Origin: Bugula neritina
Lineage: Eukaryota > Animalia > Bryozoa
Length of the DNA: 64,000 nt
Assembly: GCA_964035545.1 (NCBI GenBank)
Contig: OZ037773.1
Coordinates: 7,655,751-7,719,750 of the forward strand
Reading direction: 5' to 3'
In this document: piece by piece, positions 38,583 through 52,994 of the stretch
Layout of the letters: every line of letters starts with the position of its first letter
Numbering within the stretch: the first letter of the stretch is position 1
Notes under the pieces: generated by a model
What the model was told of the DNA's origin: nothing
The model's input: the letters and a program-made list of their open reading frames with translations, nothing else
Databases searched by the model: none
Program-made: the position numbers and the translations under genes

Positions 38583-39914
38583 CCCACGACAGTCTTATAA
38601 TAGAATATGCAAAACTCGTACAACCAGGATCGTCAGCTATTAATACCACTGAACTGAAACTATAATTATAGTTCAATGATTAATACCTACAGTGTGTAAC
38701 ATTCTAACTAATAATTATTTTTCTTACAGTTGTAACTCGTAAAGAAGTTTAAAAAACATGCTAATTTAGGTGCTGAGTGTGCTTTTCTAAAACCAGTTGT
38801 ATAACTCTTGTTATTAGCAATTTGTGCATCATGTTCTAATGCACTATTTCCAAATTCATTTGTTTTCAGCATGCGATTTTACAAACTTCAAAATTGAAAT
38901 AAAAAAGTCCAAATCTATAAATCTATCCCAGGCACAACTTAACTAAACCTGTTTTTGCATATCGTATATCTTTGATGCTCTTTAATTCACATAACATGAA
39001 TGATCAATCAGATGTCAACTCCTATTTGAAAAATTGCCCTATTAAATGATCGCACACACCCATGGTCCAAGTTGTTGCATATATTTACAAGTTTGTGATG
39101 AAATAAATGAATTCAACTGTTATTTGTCACGTGGACACAACTGAGTAGTGTCCAGTTTAATTGGAGCTCTTAGTCCTAGTCTTGTTTAGTGATTTCTTGG
39201 CTGATTAAAAGTAACAGCACAGCTACACAGCATAGTCAGATTAAGAGCAGCTTGTGAATACTAAAGTTGCCCCACTTGCATTTACATTTTTATTTGCCAC
39301 TGGTTTTTCCTAAAAAGCCTAGAGGTGGTTTGCAAGAGTCTATTCCGTCATGAGCAGTTTTCTTACTTCCCATAAAATAATTCATTCTTAAGTTTTTCAA
39401 TTTTGGTATTCCTGGAATCACGCAATGTTTCTATAACTTCTTTTCTCGCTGAACAAAATAATTGTTGAAATAAACCCTATATTATATAGTTGTCACCTAA
39501 TAATTACCCAATAGCTATACACCTTGTAAATCTAATTCTTTGTAAACAGCTTCAAAAGCGTATTAGAGCTAAAGTAAATGTTGGGCAATGATTATTTAGT
39601 CCTATGCAATCAACTGTAATATAGTTTAACCTTAGGTGTCTATTGTCAACACAGTAAAGCATTTTATATGGTTTTGATGCTCAATATATAGATTATAATG
39701 CAAATTATTGTATCAGGTTTCAATTAAATATTCCTAAAATGGTTACATTGATCTACAATTTCTTCCTGTTTCCTGTAATGTCCAGCTATTAAACATTCAG
39801 CCACACTTTATACATCCATTTATAGGTAAAACAGTATCTGTTTGCTGGTTACAGCAGGGGAGAGAGTGGAGCTTTAAGGTTGTAGTGCAAGAACCATTAG
39901 GCTAGGATTCAATT

Positions 39915-42900
39915 ATGCTGCTTCGATTTTTTTGTTTGGGAATATTTTTTATTTATTCCATAAAACAAATCAAGGCATTAGGTAGGTTTTTTTTACATAT
40001 ATAATTAATTTACCCTCTATACTTGTAATCTAAGGAAGATATAAAACTTTTACTCCCACCGGGGTTCAAACCCGAGACCTCTGGCTTGCATGCAGGCACA
40101 CTAGCCCTTACATCACAGGGACTACTTGGTAGTCTCAACACTACAGAGCATTTCGAAGATTCTGTATAATATTATTCCTCTATTCTCATAATAGTAGAAT
40201 CATCTGTAAGCCTATAGAGTATAATACATTTATTTTACTATGGATTATAGCGCCACCAGAATGCAACCAGTTGTATAATCGGCGTGAAGTGTTTCCAGAA
40301 ACTCTTTCTCCTCATTTGAACGTATTCTCTGCCAGAACAGAAGTGGAGTGTATCAACAGGTGTAATCAGCAAAGTGTGACATGCTATTCACTGCTCTACT
40401 ACCCTGAAGGTATAATTGCTCTGTATTATCTCTAATTGTAAAGATATAGCGATATAAAATTAGAAATATGAAATATTTTAATCTTTTCAAATTGCAATTG
40501 TTTATAGAAATTGTGTACAATTTAGTCATTGAATATAATTATCTTCATTAATTGTTTATTGTAATATAGCATGCATATAATATACGTTTCACATATTTTA
40601 ATGAACAGCAAACCCTAAATCAAATTGATCTCTATTAGTCTAGAAGTAACCTCCCAAAAAGTGCTCAAAAAATTGGCTTATTACACTTTACTAGGTGGCC
40701 ACTCAAAAAAAGTTGTTCCTGGATCAAAATTTTGTGCTGATTCTGAATCTACAAACTCTAAAATTCTATCTCTACCCAAACTCAAGTTATTGCAAAAACA
40801 AATCGACATCTTGAATGGGTGATAAAAAGAAATATGGCTTGTGCAAAATAGTATCCAGTTTTATTAAGCTATCTTGAAGAAAAAATATTTGCTGAAATAC
40901 CAAAAATAATTGCCTCTTACTTAAAATCCTATGCTGATACTGAATTTAAAGACTGCAAGAAGCTATCTCAAATTAAAACCAAGTTGTTTATATAAACATA
41001 TATGTTTGTTATGAACCGACATATTGCATGAGGCATAAGCATGCAGAATAATCATGTATGACCAAGCTATTTATACAAAAATGAAAACAAAGTCATGCTG
41101 ATGTGTGAAAAAGCTATATTTATAAAGTTATAGTACAAAATGAATGTTGAAATGAATAAATATTGAAATCTTTTGAGCTCAGCCCAAGTGAATCATTTGC
41201 TAGTCTGTCGGCAGCCGTTAAACGTCTGCAGAAATCAACAAGATTCTGTAAAATTATTTAGAGGAACAGAAGCATGAGAGATGATCAAAATCAAATTGGT
41301 TGCAGCAAAATATATAACACATGTCTAAAAATAGTGCTTTATTATGAAAAAGTATTCTCGCCATCATTGTCACTGCCGTCAGTCTCATCATAGCTTCTTC
41401 CCCAATATAGAGCTTCTTTTCAGACAATTCTTACATTGACAAACATCAGTGCATGCACTGCATTTGAGACTTCTGACATCCCCATCTTGATATGTTGCAG
41501 CTGGTCTTACAGGAGCAGTTTAAACTTTGCAATATACATGTTCAGGTGCAGAAGCTTGATTCATCTACTTTATATTTATGCTGCCATGATTCTCAACAAT
41601 CTTTTTATAATGTTCTGGGGGTGGTGCATCAATATGGGCTGTTGTCACCCTTCCCCAAATTGCTGCTTGATAATCTGCTCTTTTTACGTGCAAATTTATT
41701 TCATCTTTTGTTGGAGGCAAACTCTATTAAGTTATTTTAGACGGTGAACAAAATACAGTGTATTAGACATTATCTATATTTGAATTTCCTGCTCCATAAA
41801 GTTTATAGACAAATTGTTCTACTTCAGCAGCTGTAATGGCTTACAGCTTAAAATACTTCCCAAGGTGTTCAAAGGTTCCCATATATTATAGATATTTTCT
41901 TAAAAGAGAGTAGGCTGTGCGCTATCCTTTTCCATAAAAAGCACTATAGTCGAACCACAACCTGTTAAAGCATGAAATCTAGTAAGTGCTGCACGCAACA
42001 GCAGTCCGGATTTATTTGCTGCAATGTTGATATCCAAATACCTAATATGTTTATGGTTTCCTCCCAGCGAGACGCTGTTTTTATTTTGTTACCATATATA
42101 TTAACATTACCTATATAACTGATGAATTGATTGCTAAATAGCTCATATGCTAATAGCTATAGTAGCTAACATGAATTATCTAGAATAATATTTTATTATT
42201 TTTACGAACTTGTGTGGGACAAAAAGTAGTAATACATTATTAATTATAGACACTATCTTTAATAGATACTTATTAACAAAATATTTTTTCAAACAACAGG
42301 CAAGATGTATAAAATATACAAAATTAATAAATTAATGCAAATCAAAAGAATTTATTTATGTGCTAAATAACAAGCAATTGATCCAAGTTTATTTCAATTT
42401 ACATATTTATCAGTAATATTAAAATAAGTTGCACATGAAAATACATTTTAACAAAATAAATAACTATCGTCTAAGTAGGAAATTTAGCCTAGCCTCTATC
42501 TGGCATGACACCATGATTACCACACCCGTGAAAAAATATAATTGGTAAGAAGGTAATATTTTGCAAATAACGAGACTTAGGATGAAAACATCCATGTCTT
42601 GAGATTTGATTATTACACTCAGACTTATGATGTTCATAAGATATTTTGCATGTAACAAAGTTTGTGTATCTGCTTCCTCGTGATCTAATTGTTAGCATTT
42701 AAGTTGTGCTTTCTTAGGAATTCCACCATGTTTAAAAAATTGTAGCTGAACACAATTTTTTGGTATGCATCAACTATAATAACAATATTGTTCTCTAAAA
42801 TATTTTTACTCCATGTTTCACACAAAAATGCACCAGTCTCAAACTCAGCTTGTTTTATTTGCTGATAAGAAATTATTATTTTTGTGACAAATGGCACACA

Positions 42901-45900
42901 TGAAAAAGTACATGCCTATGATCTTTGAATGAGGCAGCCTAAGATCATTTTTCTAATGGGTGGCCTAAACATAACCATATATATTTTAAATTATAGGGAA
43001 GCTTTAGGGTATTTCTTTTGTAACTGTAACTGATATTAATTGACTCTAGAGTCATTATATCAAGATAGTATAAAAATATGCATTTTAACCAATAGCATTG
43101 TTTTAAAAACCAAATTGCTTATTTATATATAGTTCAGCCTAAATTTATTGGCAAAGCTCAATCATACACATTTAAAATATTATCTTCCGGAGTCCAGATC
43201 AGCCTGCTCATGCTTCTCATTACTTTTTTGTAAAAGTAGTTAATATGATAAAAATGGTGAAGACAATCATTATCAGACGCAGATTTCTTTATAACTCGCC
43301 TTTTTTATAGCCGATCAATAATAATGTTTGCCTTATAACTAATAAACCCATTCCTTCGCTTGTTTTCGTCCATATAATCCACTTTTTTCCAGATTTTTTC
43401 ACAAGAAACTCACTAGAATTAAACTCAAAAAAGTGAAAAACACATCTATGATTATCTGCAAAAGTTTTTGCTTGTATATATAATAAACTAGCTTCAATAG
43501 TTTCAAGATAATATTTAATGGATTTTGACAAAGTTGTGAGGAAACAACTCCTGTAACATTTTAAAGAGTTTTTGTGACTAACTGGGTGGACAGAAAAATT
43601 TAGAGTTTTATAACAGAAAAGTGAAAAGAGTATCTATAATTATCAGCAAAATTATTTTGCTTATATAAAATAAATTAGCTTGAATAATTCCAAAATATTT
43701 AGCTAATTCACAAAAATGTTAGGAGAAAACAACTCCTGATTAATTTTAAAATTTTGAAGCGCTCTTGTGGCTAACTGGGTGCACAGAACAGTCTAGAGTT
43801 TTCACAGGTTAATTAGGACCCTTCAAACTCTCTATTTCTAAAAAAAATGCGTGGCCACCCCTCGAAGTGTAATGAGTGAAAGATAATTGGAGGTTACTTC
43901 TAGACTATATATCTCATTGCATGCTTGAATGTGCTTGTTTTAAATTATATTTCAAATAGTTAAAAATTACTTGTTTCTAATTGAAAAGAGCACCATTCAA
44001 AAATAGAAATGTAGTAGGCCTATACAAAAGATATTTTAGAAGAATTTTTCTTTAAAAAAATATTTAATTATGGAAATTTTGTACGTTATCAGTAAAATAT
44101 TATGCACATTTTTAAATCTCGTTGAACAAAAAACAATTGATTGAATTGAACTTAATATTTCATTATTTGATTTGCTTATTTCAAATTATATGTTTCATAC
44201 AACATTAACACTTATATATACTCATAGAAAACAATTATATGATATCGCAAACAGTATATGTGATTAATTAGTCAGACTGCAGTTAAATAATATATATTTA
44301 ATTGAAATGTGCTACAATTCAGTAATTATTATCACAAACAAAATGTTTCAATACTTTTATGTTTAGAGAGGCTTTGCTATGAGTTGGAAAATTCCTTCAC
44401 TGAGGTTATTTCTTCGACCAATCAGGAAGCTGCTAGAGCCATTTTGTTGACTACAACTATTCACCATGTGGTTAATGCAGTAAGAGTCATATTAATGAAC
44501 CCTGTATTCTTACTTAAATACTTCATTATAGAATATAGAGCATTCTAAAAGTAATTATTTCTCACTTAAATATAATATTTCTGAACAATATATGTGTATA
44601 GTTGCATACACAGGTAAGCTGTTTACAATAGCCATTGTTAGTATATAATGCTGCAATGCTTCAAGTTATTCTAAAAATTACTTGTGCTCAAAGAATTAAA
44701 GATACAGAAGCTACGCTTATGCAGTAATACTACTAAGTCAACTGAATTTCAGTATAGTTACAAAGTAGGCTCTCTTTCTAACTTTTCAAAAACTAACTTA
44801 TGTCAAAACTAAATGTCATGTAATTCATACAAGTTTATTTAGTGTTCATATTCCCCCCCCCCCCCCATGCCTTGACTATATTGATATATAGGTAGGGTGC
44901 TGTAGACTTCAAAAATAACTGCTCCTGGTGACTTTTTAAATGTTTTTTAAAATCAAGGAAAAAATGAGTTAAATATTTTACCAGAGTAGAACTTGCCTGG
45001 ACAGATTCTGCCCGGTGGGAGAGATATGCGTCACTTGTCAGAAAAATGATGACTCGTACTGCTTTGGTAAGTGACTCATGCAGGAAGTAATGCTTGCAGT
45101 TAAGTGTGACATCATGATATTATTATGACATCGTAATTCAACTATCAACAATGTTTAGCTATAATATTGTAATCGTTATCGGAAGTGGAAGCCCCCAATA
45201 CCCCTACTGTATATTAGTTATAGTCTTGCTGTTGATCTATTCATCCAACCGTTTGATATGGGGGGGAAGTAACGTGACTGGTGCGTAATAACAAGATACA
45301 ATCCAATCAGCTGTAGGGAAGACACGTGGTCAACTCTCTTATAAGCAGTGCCTTCCACCCACTGCATAGACCGGCTAGGCTGATAGTAGACACTTAACCT
45401 ATTACTCTTGCTTTGTTCTATAACTGATGTAAACCTTTTATTTCTTGTATCTTGTTTCTAAATATATATCTCTTATTCTCACGGTTCTCAATTACACTCG
45501 GTTTGATTACATAACACATCAGGGATGCAGTAATTGTAACAAAAATTATAACAATATAAGTATTTGGTACGTAACACAGTTTTTTATAAAAGGAGAGAAA
45601 GGAAACTAGTTTGTTTGAATTGAAATGTTTGTTTTGGTAAGAAAACATCTATTTTAAAAAATTTGACTTTTAATGCTGTTCAATCTTATCAACCAATTAG
45701 CAAACCAAAAATAATCTAGCACAAAGATGCTTTTTTATCAATTAGGTACTAAAATTTTTCATTTTTAAAGTAAGAATAAAAATGTATTTTTTTTTAATGA
45801 TAGTTTTTTGTCTATTTTTTCATCAGAATAATTGGCATAGTTATTAAAAATCTTACAATAACTCTTTATCTGCTTCCTTACCTCAGTTTGATGAGAGACT

Positions 45901-48900
45901 GTGTTATATAATCATGCAGCAAATTTAGTATTCAGATGTATACAGCTAGCAAAACTTATAATTTCAAGTTTACACTTTAATTTGACTTTTCCATACACAT
46001 AAATGATGTTAAAATACTTTGAAAAACAGATTAAAGCGATTTTAATTTATATATACAAATATGAATATAACAGCTTCTGTTCATTATAGCTGGTCTCGAA
46101 GAAGACTGCCCATTGGATGAAATGTATGTTGGAGCAAGACACTATTGGATAGGAGATTTGGATTCGTTCACCCATGCAAGGGTGGATCCAATCATAGTAA
46201 GCTTTTAAAAAATAAATAGAGCTTGAATGGTGAACCTGCATAAAATTTAAAAATAAAATAAATTGAATAGAGTGCAGTTCCATTTCATTATGTAAAATTC
46301 TTAGTGTTATATTAAATCTCATATAATATTGTGAAGCTGCCTAATATACATTTTAAGCACACGCAGTTTATAGGCAATTGCAACAAGTATAGTGACATAT
46401 AATATAATTTAAAAATTTGAACAGCAATTATGAGATAATATATAAAAAAATTTCAGTCCTTCAAATATCCGAAGAAGGAAAGTGAAACCGGTTTGCGAGT
46501 GACAGCACACATGGTGCTTCGGGGACATTACCAACAGTCTAATGGCTGTAATAGATGGTATTTCACATTTAATGGCCAAGAATGTGCTAACCCTGGACCT
46601 ATAGAATATGTAGTTTACAGCTCTGCTAGCCAAAACTACTACAGACCTAGTGATAGTAAGTAGAAGTCAAGATGGGTATTCTCTGTACAATTGTAGAAGA
46701 GTAGAACATATATTTGATTGCTTGCATAACTGATAATCAGAATTTGTGATTGGGAATTTGGGTCAAAATTCTCAATCACATTCTCCGCAAACTAATGACA
46801 ATTAGTTCGCATAGATGGGCAGTTTTATTTCAAAAGTTGGTTTACGCTGCACGCTATATAACTCTTCTCTCAAGCAACAAAATCTTTCACTGCCTATGTT
46901 AAGAAACTGACTTAACTCTGCAATTTAACCATTAGATTTCACTAAGATTTTATACAAAGTACAGAAATTAAAATTCAACAAGACTAACTCTATATTATTT
47001 TTGGCCATACTAGGCTTATTTCATCAGCTAGTATAATATCTTATGCTCAGTTGATGGCGCATGCTATGGTATACTGTCTGGTGAAGTTCACCTTGACCTT
47101 GTTATTGGACAATGTCAAGGTTACGAGCCAGAAGCTTGTTCTACTGGCCACAGCTTCCCTATAAGTATCATTGTTAGAGAAATAAGAGCTACATCTGTTG
47201 GTAAGTTGATGCTAGTTTTCATGTTTTCTAGATTATTCTTTTTTGAGAAGAGCCTTGATCTGGTTTTTAAGAACACCTGGTTTTTTATGTAATCTAACAA
47301 GCTGTAGCCTTAGATCTTTACCCACTTTTCAACTGGAACCATTATTTTTGTCACCTTTGATCTAGCTAAGATGCAACCTGTTCACATCTACTGTGATGAC
47401 ATTTTATGTTTTTTTATCCATCTCTCTCAGTTCAATACCAGGCCAGTTATTATTATCAATATTAGTTTTAGCACTAGCTACGTGCATGTAAAAACTACAC
47501 ATCAAAGTGATTATTTTACCTTATAAATTTTACTATTCAAAGTCAAAAATTTTCTGTCACAGTTACACATATTTCAAGTTTGTAGTAAACAAATATTATA
47601 ATAGTTATAGTATGTTATATAAAGTATAAACCATCACGTTGTCACACATTGCATTATATTTAATGAAATTTCTGCAATGGACTTTTAACCTATATATGCT
47701 TCAAAATAAAATCCATTCAACTTTAAAAGACGCTGTTTATAGCTATCTTATTTTCTGATTGCCACTCCATATTATTCCACAGCCAAAAAAAATCAATATA
47801 CCCAGAACTCTATTTCATCAAACACATTTTTTATTCCAGTTATTATTACATAATGTTATCTTTTTAATAGAATTTCTGGAGGCAGGAGTTGATTGCCCAA
47901 GCAAATCCACTTTAAATTATAAGCAGTTTACATGGACTGATGAGACCTCGTTTAATCATACATTAGGCACAGATGAGGTGGTAGTCAGGGTGGGTATTAT
48001 ATAGTATTAATAAATATTATTTTGTATGAAGGTGTAAGTTTTATCTAACTCGGCACCAGGAAGTTTATGTTTGTTGAACTTCAACCCCACAGTTTAGAAA
48101 TCATTGCATTGAACTCTAATCCAGCAGTGTGGTTTGCCAATAAACGATGCAATTCAACAAACTCTGAAATACTAATTTTTTAATAGTTCTCCAATTTTCA
48201 TTCCATAGTTGAAGTTTAATTTTAATAGGCATGTTTTAATTTTGTTGGCTATAATTTAAACATATTGTTTTTGCTATCAACTGCTCTAATGGATATATTG
48301 TGAATATATGAATTAATACATGATTGTAAAGCAAATTAGTTGTAAATATAGAGCGAGATTTTCCGGAAGCTGGTGGCTGACTCTTCACTCCGTATCCGGT
48401 ACCAGGCTGTGTTCGGCATTGAGATGCAGGCAGGAGAGACTCAGTGTGGACAAGTGTAAGATATTTTATTCTTCACGGAGTCGGCCATTGATACTCTTCA
48501 TGTAATCGGCCATTACTTTTCTTCATGCAGTCAACCATTAATACTTTTCATGTAGTATAGGCCATTGGTACAAATCTGTCTATTGATACTCTGTATAACT
48601 CCATAATATACACTGCTATGCCTGGCAGAGCAGCCCTGAAAAAGTCTGCAGAAAAGATAGTATATTTTAAACTTCAGTTGAGTAAGGTAGTAACAACTAG
48701 CCCTGTTTTATAAACTATTTAGTGTTTTATGTAGAGTGTAGATGTATTAGAGTAGACATAGAAAATAGTACTCACTGATCTGTAAAGTCGGAGAAGCAAG
48801 GAGTAAGTGTCGCCCACCGAGTATTGAAATTTACTTTTGACTTTAAGTTGAGTACCAAAGAATTTTCAATAGCCTAAGCTCTTTAATAGTCTTAATAAAT

Positions 48901-51900
48901 GTTGGTTTAGAGTGTGAGTTGATTTGATTGCAGAATGATTAAAGCAGATGATAATGCCTGCACTCAATCTGTGGGGTCACTCATTTTTGCAGAAGGAGCA
49001 AATGCATTCTCAGATTGGTCTAAGCATTTGGCATCCAGAACTGGTTTGTAGCTATACCACTATATACAATGTGTCAGTAAACATAGATACATACTATATA
49101 ATATACGGTGCATGATAGACATTATACATATATACTGTACATAATAATTATGCATAGTGTTATATACACTACTCATATATGCTATACATGTACATACTAT
49201 ATAACATAATATGCACTATATACATATATACTATACATGCATGCTATACAACTACGCTGTGCAATATATATAGCACTACACATATATATAATATGCATAT
49301 ATACTATGCATATATACTATAAATTATATACACTGTACTTTATGTAATATAACACTATACATAAATACTATACTCCCTATACCAGTATGTATTGTATAGT
49401 TGAAGGTGTGTGCTATGTAACTGGTCCAGCTGCTCCAATTGTGGTAACCATAGTCGCTACGGCTTGCGCCAGTGATAGCCTTCTACCTACTCTCTTTATT
49501 TTTGGCTTTAATGAGTACACGTCCCGTCTGCAAGTAGAGGAGGTGAGAATTGCAAGCTACAAGGATGTTGGTGAGTGTAGAATCTCTTTGAGGATTCTCT
49601 GTCGTTGGATAAAAGTTCTGATATAGCATGACTGGTTACCTGCTGCTACTTTAAGCCCATTTTGCACTCTTCCGGAGGGTTAATAAATTTTTCGATTGTT
49701 TGGGTTAGTTAGCAATGCATGCAGAGAGGAAATATAAAGCCCCAAGAAAAAGGATATATTATATAATTCCAGTTGTTTCCAAACTACAAATGAGTGCTAT
49801 TGCTTCATATTCAGCTTGAACACTTCTAGTTTTATTTGAAACAAAAGTGAAAGCTGTTGCAGCTTTTTATAATTATCTATATACATAACTATTCCGTGAA
49901 AAGGGCTATACTATTCAGTTAGCTGACCTCAATGTTCTTCCTTATAGATTAGTTAAATTATTCTGTAAAAAATCAGTCTAAAATGAGTTAGGGAAGATTT
50001 CAGCATCTTGTTAAAGATAGCGAAGCACACAATGGGTGCTTCAAACTTTCTCAATTTTATCTTTTTCAACCTGCCTAAACACTATACAGTATCTTTTCAA
50101 GTTCTTAGGTTAACACCCCCCCCCCTCAGCCCTCCTAACCAACTTTTATAGACTCAGCTACAACTATCTGCCAAGAAGGATTGGAGGAGGTGTGCATTCC
50201 ATGTCTCTTTCAAAAATTTGGGGGGTGAAAAATTTCCCTCAAATATTTACCTTATATTTTAGCATGTTGGTTATATATTTAGTGATGGACTCCCAGGGAC
50301 AGCCTTTCCAGGCCCATCAGGCAGATTTGAGAAAGTGCCACAGGACCAGTCTAAATTCACATGCAGTTGTCCCACAAGCAATATTCACTTTCACATTCAT
50401 TAAGAAGTTCCTAGACACAGCTATTCGGGTCACATCTTCTTCTACCCATGCAGCTTATCATGATTCACCACTCTTTAACCGAGTCTGTACCCAGTGGTGA
50501 GTGTAGTTGTTGTGTAAGCAGACACTGGCATGTTAGATTCATAAGTATTGGTCAAAATTTAAACTACGCTATGTCTTGCTTAACAGGTCTTTCAAGTTTA
50601 ATGGTGAAGATTGTGCAAGCCCTGGAAGAATCGCTGGATTAATTCACTTAGAGTCTCTATCTGAGTTTCATCAGCCATCACAAAGTAAGTACATGTATCT
50701 ATTGAATTAACCTACAGTAAAAGAGTAAGTCACTTTTAGTTGCATTAAACCACATTGACAAAGTACAGCCTAGTATTTATATTATCAAGTGACACTAGCT
50801 ATGTCTCCATGCTTCGAATTATAATTTATTTGATGCATGGAAACAGGAAACCGTAGTCATAGCAACGTAGGACTTCATTTAATGCATGAAGATTCACACT
50901 GCGGTTCCATCACTTCACGAGAATTGCTTATAAAGAATGAGTTTGTAGTTACGGTTTCTATGAACTTATGTCTGTGGCTTCAATTGATGCAACTATTTCC
51001 AAACATCGATTGAACGATGTATTCGCATAATGCTTGGAAACGTAGTATAGTGTATGCGTTTTTCTTCTGCAGACGATTTTATGAATATAAATGAATGTTT
51101 TACAGTTAGTGGAGTTTGTCACGGTCTGATTGTATCAACTCACACTATAACTTACAGCGTAGAAGAATGCGGCACCAACTCTTACCCTCTAGGACACAGT
51201 TACACCAGCTTTCAATCTCCTTTCTGGATACTGGTTGAAGAGCTGCGATTTGATGCGAGAGTTGTGTGCTCTTCAAACAATACCGTTGCTAGGTAACAAT
51301 TCAGATTTACATTCAATATATTATATTATATTGTTGCTATTGGTAACAATTCAAGTATACACATGTTACATGTCATAGTATATACGCATGTTATATGTCA
51401 TAGTGTGTACTTTTACTTTGTTTGTATATTACTTGGTCAGTCTGATACATCTTTTTTCACTAATACTTTGAGTTGTCTTCCCTGTACATTACCACATGAG
51501 TAAGAAGCCTGATTAAGATCTCTGCTACATATGAAAGTTAAAAGTTCTGATACTTTTTCTTTAGATGTTGACAGCAGAAGTTCTCCTAAAAATACAGTTA
51601 GATTCTTGAAAGTATGAAGGGGGCTGCATATAAAGGATGTTGTGACAGAGGTAATCTCTATAAACTGTGCATTTTTTTCTTTCAAGTAAAATTTTTATGT
51701 TAAGTGCTCTGAAAACAACCACAGAATATCGTCTTACACACATTTTAAATAAAATTGCGTGTCTGTAAGTTAAAAACCATTCATAAAGTTGAATTTTGAT
51801 AGAGCCAAATGATGTAATCCCGATTTTATGTTTTTTTATTTTTTGTTGTTGGCTATACACGTATAGTAATAATAATACTTATAATAATAATGTATATTTT

Positions 51901-52204
51901 ATCATAATATATATTAGATTATACTTCCAGTAATATAATCTAATATAATATAATATAATATTATACTATATAGCATGTATTGAGTAATATTTTAATATAT
52001 ATAGCACATATTATATATGAATATGTATAATATAATATATGCTATAATCTATAGAAAAAAGCTCAGTAAATCACATTTACTTGCATATACATGTATACAT
52101 TTGTTTAAATATTGTAATACTGGTGTAATAACTATATAGTTTACTTAGTTCCCTTTAAACTATATATAAATATATACATCATGTGTAGGTGTGTGTCAAA
52201 CTAG
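39915..52204 (+). CDS. Secreted protein, ~627 aa: signal peptide + PAN/Apple + FOLN/EGF-like Cys module + three tandem CTHRC1 C-terminal domains; 15 exons: 39915-39981, 40251-40409, 44367-44479, 44985-45066, 46090-46196, 46457-46655, 47051-47200, 47871-47977, 48352-48455, 48934-49043, 49400-49570, 50283-50496, 50587-50684, 51106-51292, 52189-52204
   Basis: All junctions are GT-AG and phase-compatible (1884 nt including stop). Motifs: ECINRCNQQSVTCYSLLYYPEERLCYEL (PAN); TCLDRFCPVGEICV...YC (FOLN-like); GLRV...CNRWYFTFNGQECANPGPIE...DGACYGI...GQC...TG...IIVREI (CTHRC1_C), with the pattern repeated twice more. AATAAA at ~52246. The tiny last exon is the least certain; an unspliced stop lies at 51294-51296. 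Confidence 0.8.
40050..40130 (-). mobile_element. tRNA-like SINE head (second family); related degenerate sequence at ~61488-61562
   Basis: The reverse complement reads like a tRNA 5' half and T-arm (GTGATGTAAGGGCTAG...GGGTTTGAACCCCGGTGGGAG), but the stems do not pair as in a functional tRNA. Confidence 0.5.
40636..43907 (-). mobile_element. Degenerate Academ (AcademX-type) DNA transposon in intron 2 of the CTHRC1-domain gene
   Basis: 19-bp TIR TAGTCTAGAAGTAACCTCC, TAG...CTA termini, TAT on both flanks. Minus-strand remnants of an XPG/PIN-like nuclease (IIKSQDMDVFIL; FHALTGC...SAFYGKG; LPPT...LHVKRADYQAAIW) and a Cys-rich finger (CSCKTSC...C...CTDVCQC), with stops and frameshifts. Confidence 0.8.
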
Positions 52205-52994
52205 ACTCATATTAAAATATTTTTTTGTTGTGAAGTGTATTACATAATAAATGTTGTTTATTATAATATAATTAACTGCATCACAACAACAAAATTTTGT
52301 TTATGGCCTTAAATATTCACAGATTCTAAAAATAATTATTTATGCGTTCTAAGCTTTGCATGTCTACATTCTACAGCATATAATACTATTATAAGCATAT
52401 TGTACGTACATGCACAGTATATAATACATTATATAATACTATAAGCACATTACATGATCACAGTTTACAACAGACAAGGCCATTTATTAACTTTGCAAGT
52501 GACATTATTTACAAGCAGTCTTAGAGTTATCTTCTCATAATAGAAAAACCTGCTATGTATGGAATTAGGTGGTCGACAGTATGTAGGTCAAGCATTAGTT
52601 GACTTTTTTTATGCAATAATGTAATCAATCAGTAACAAGTTGGGATATAAACTGGATAATTTGTGTCAGACACTAAATTTGAGTTCTCGGTGTAGCAACA
52701 CAGTGTGGTGTCAGCATGATGCCAGACAGCAAAAGGGTCAGCACTCTGTATACTGCAGAATCGCTGCAGATAGCTCTGGGCACTGGGACAAGTTTTACAG
52801 AAAGTGACAACTCTAGTTACACATTTAATAGCCAATTATATGTGGAGTTTCACTGAAAACTCCATGATGCCCTATAACTGTTCCCTCAACACATTACGCC
52901 CATCTTTTAGAGTGAGTTGTATATAGGAACAGCTACATTATGATAAAGTTGTCAGTAGTTGTGTTATCTTAACATATTATCAACTTAATTTTAA

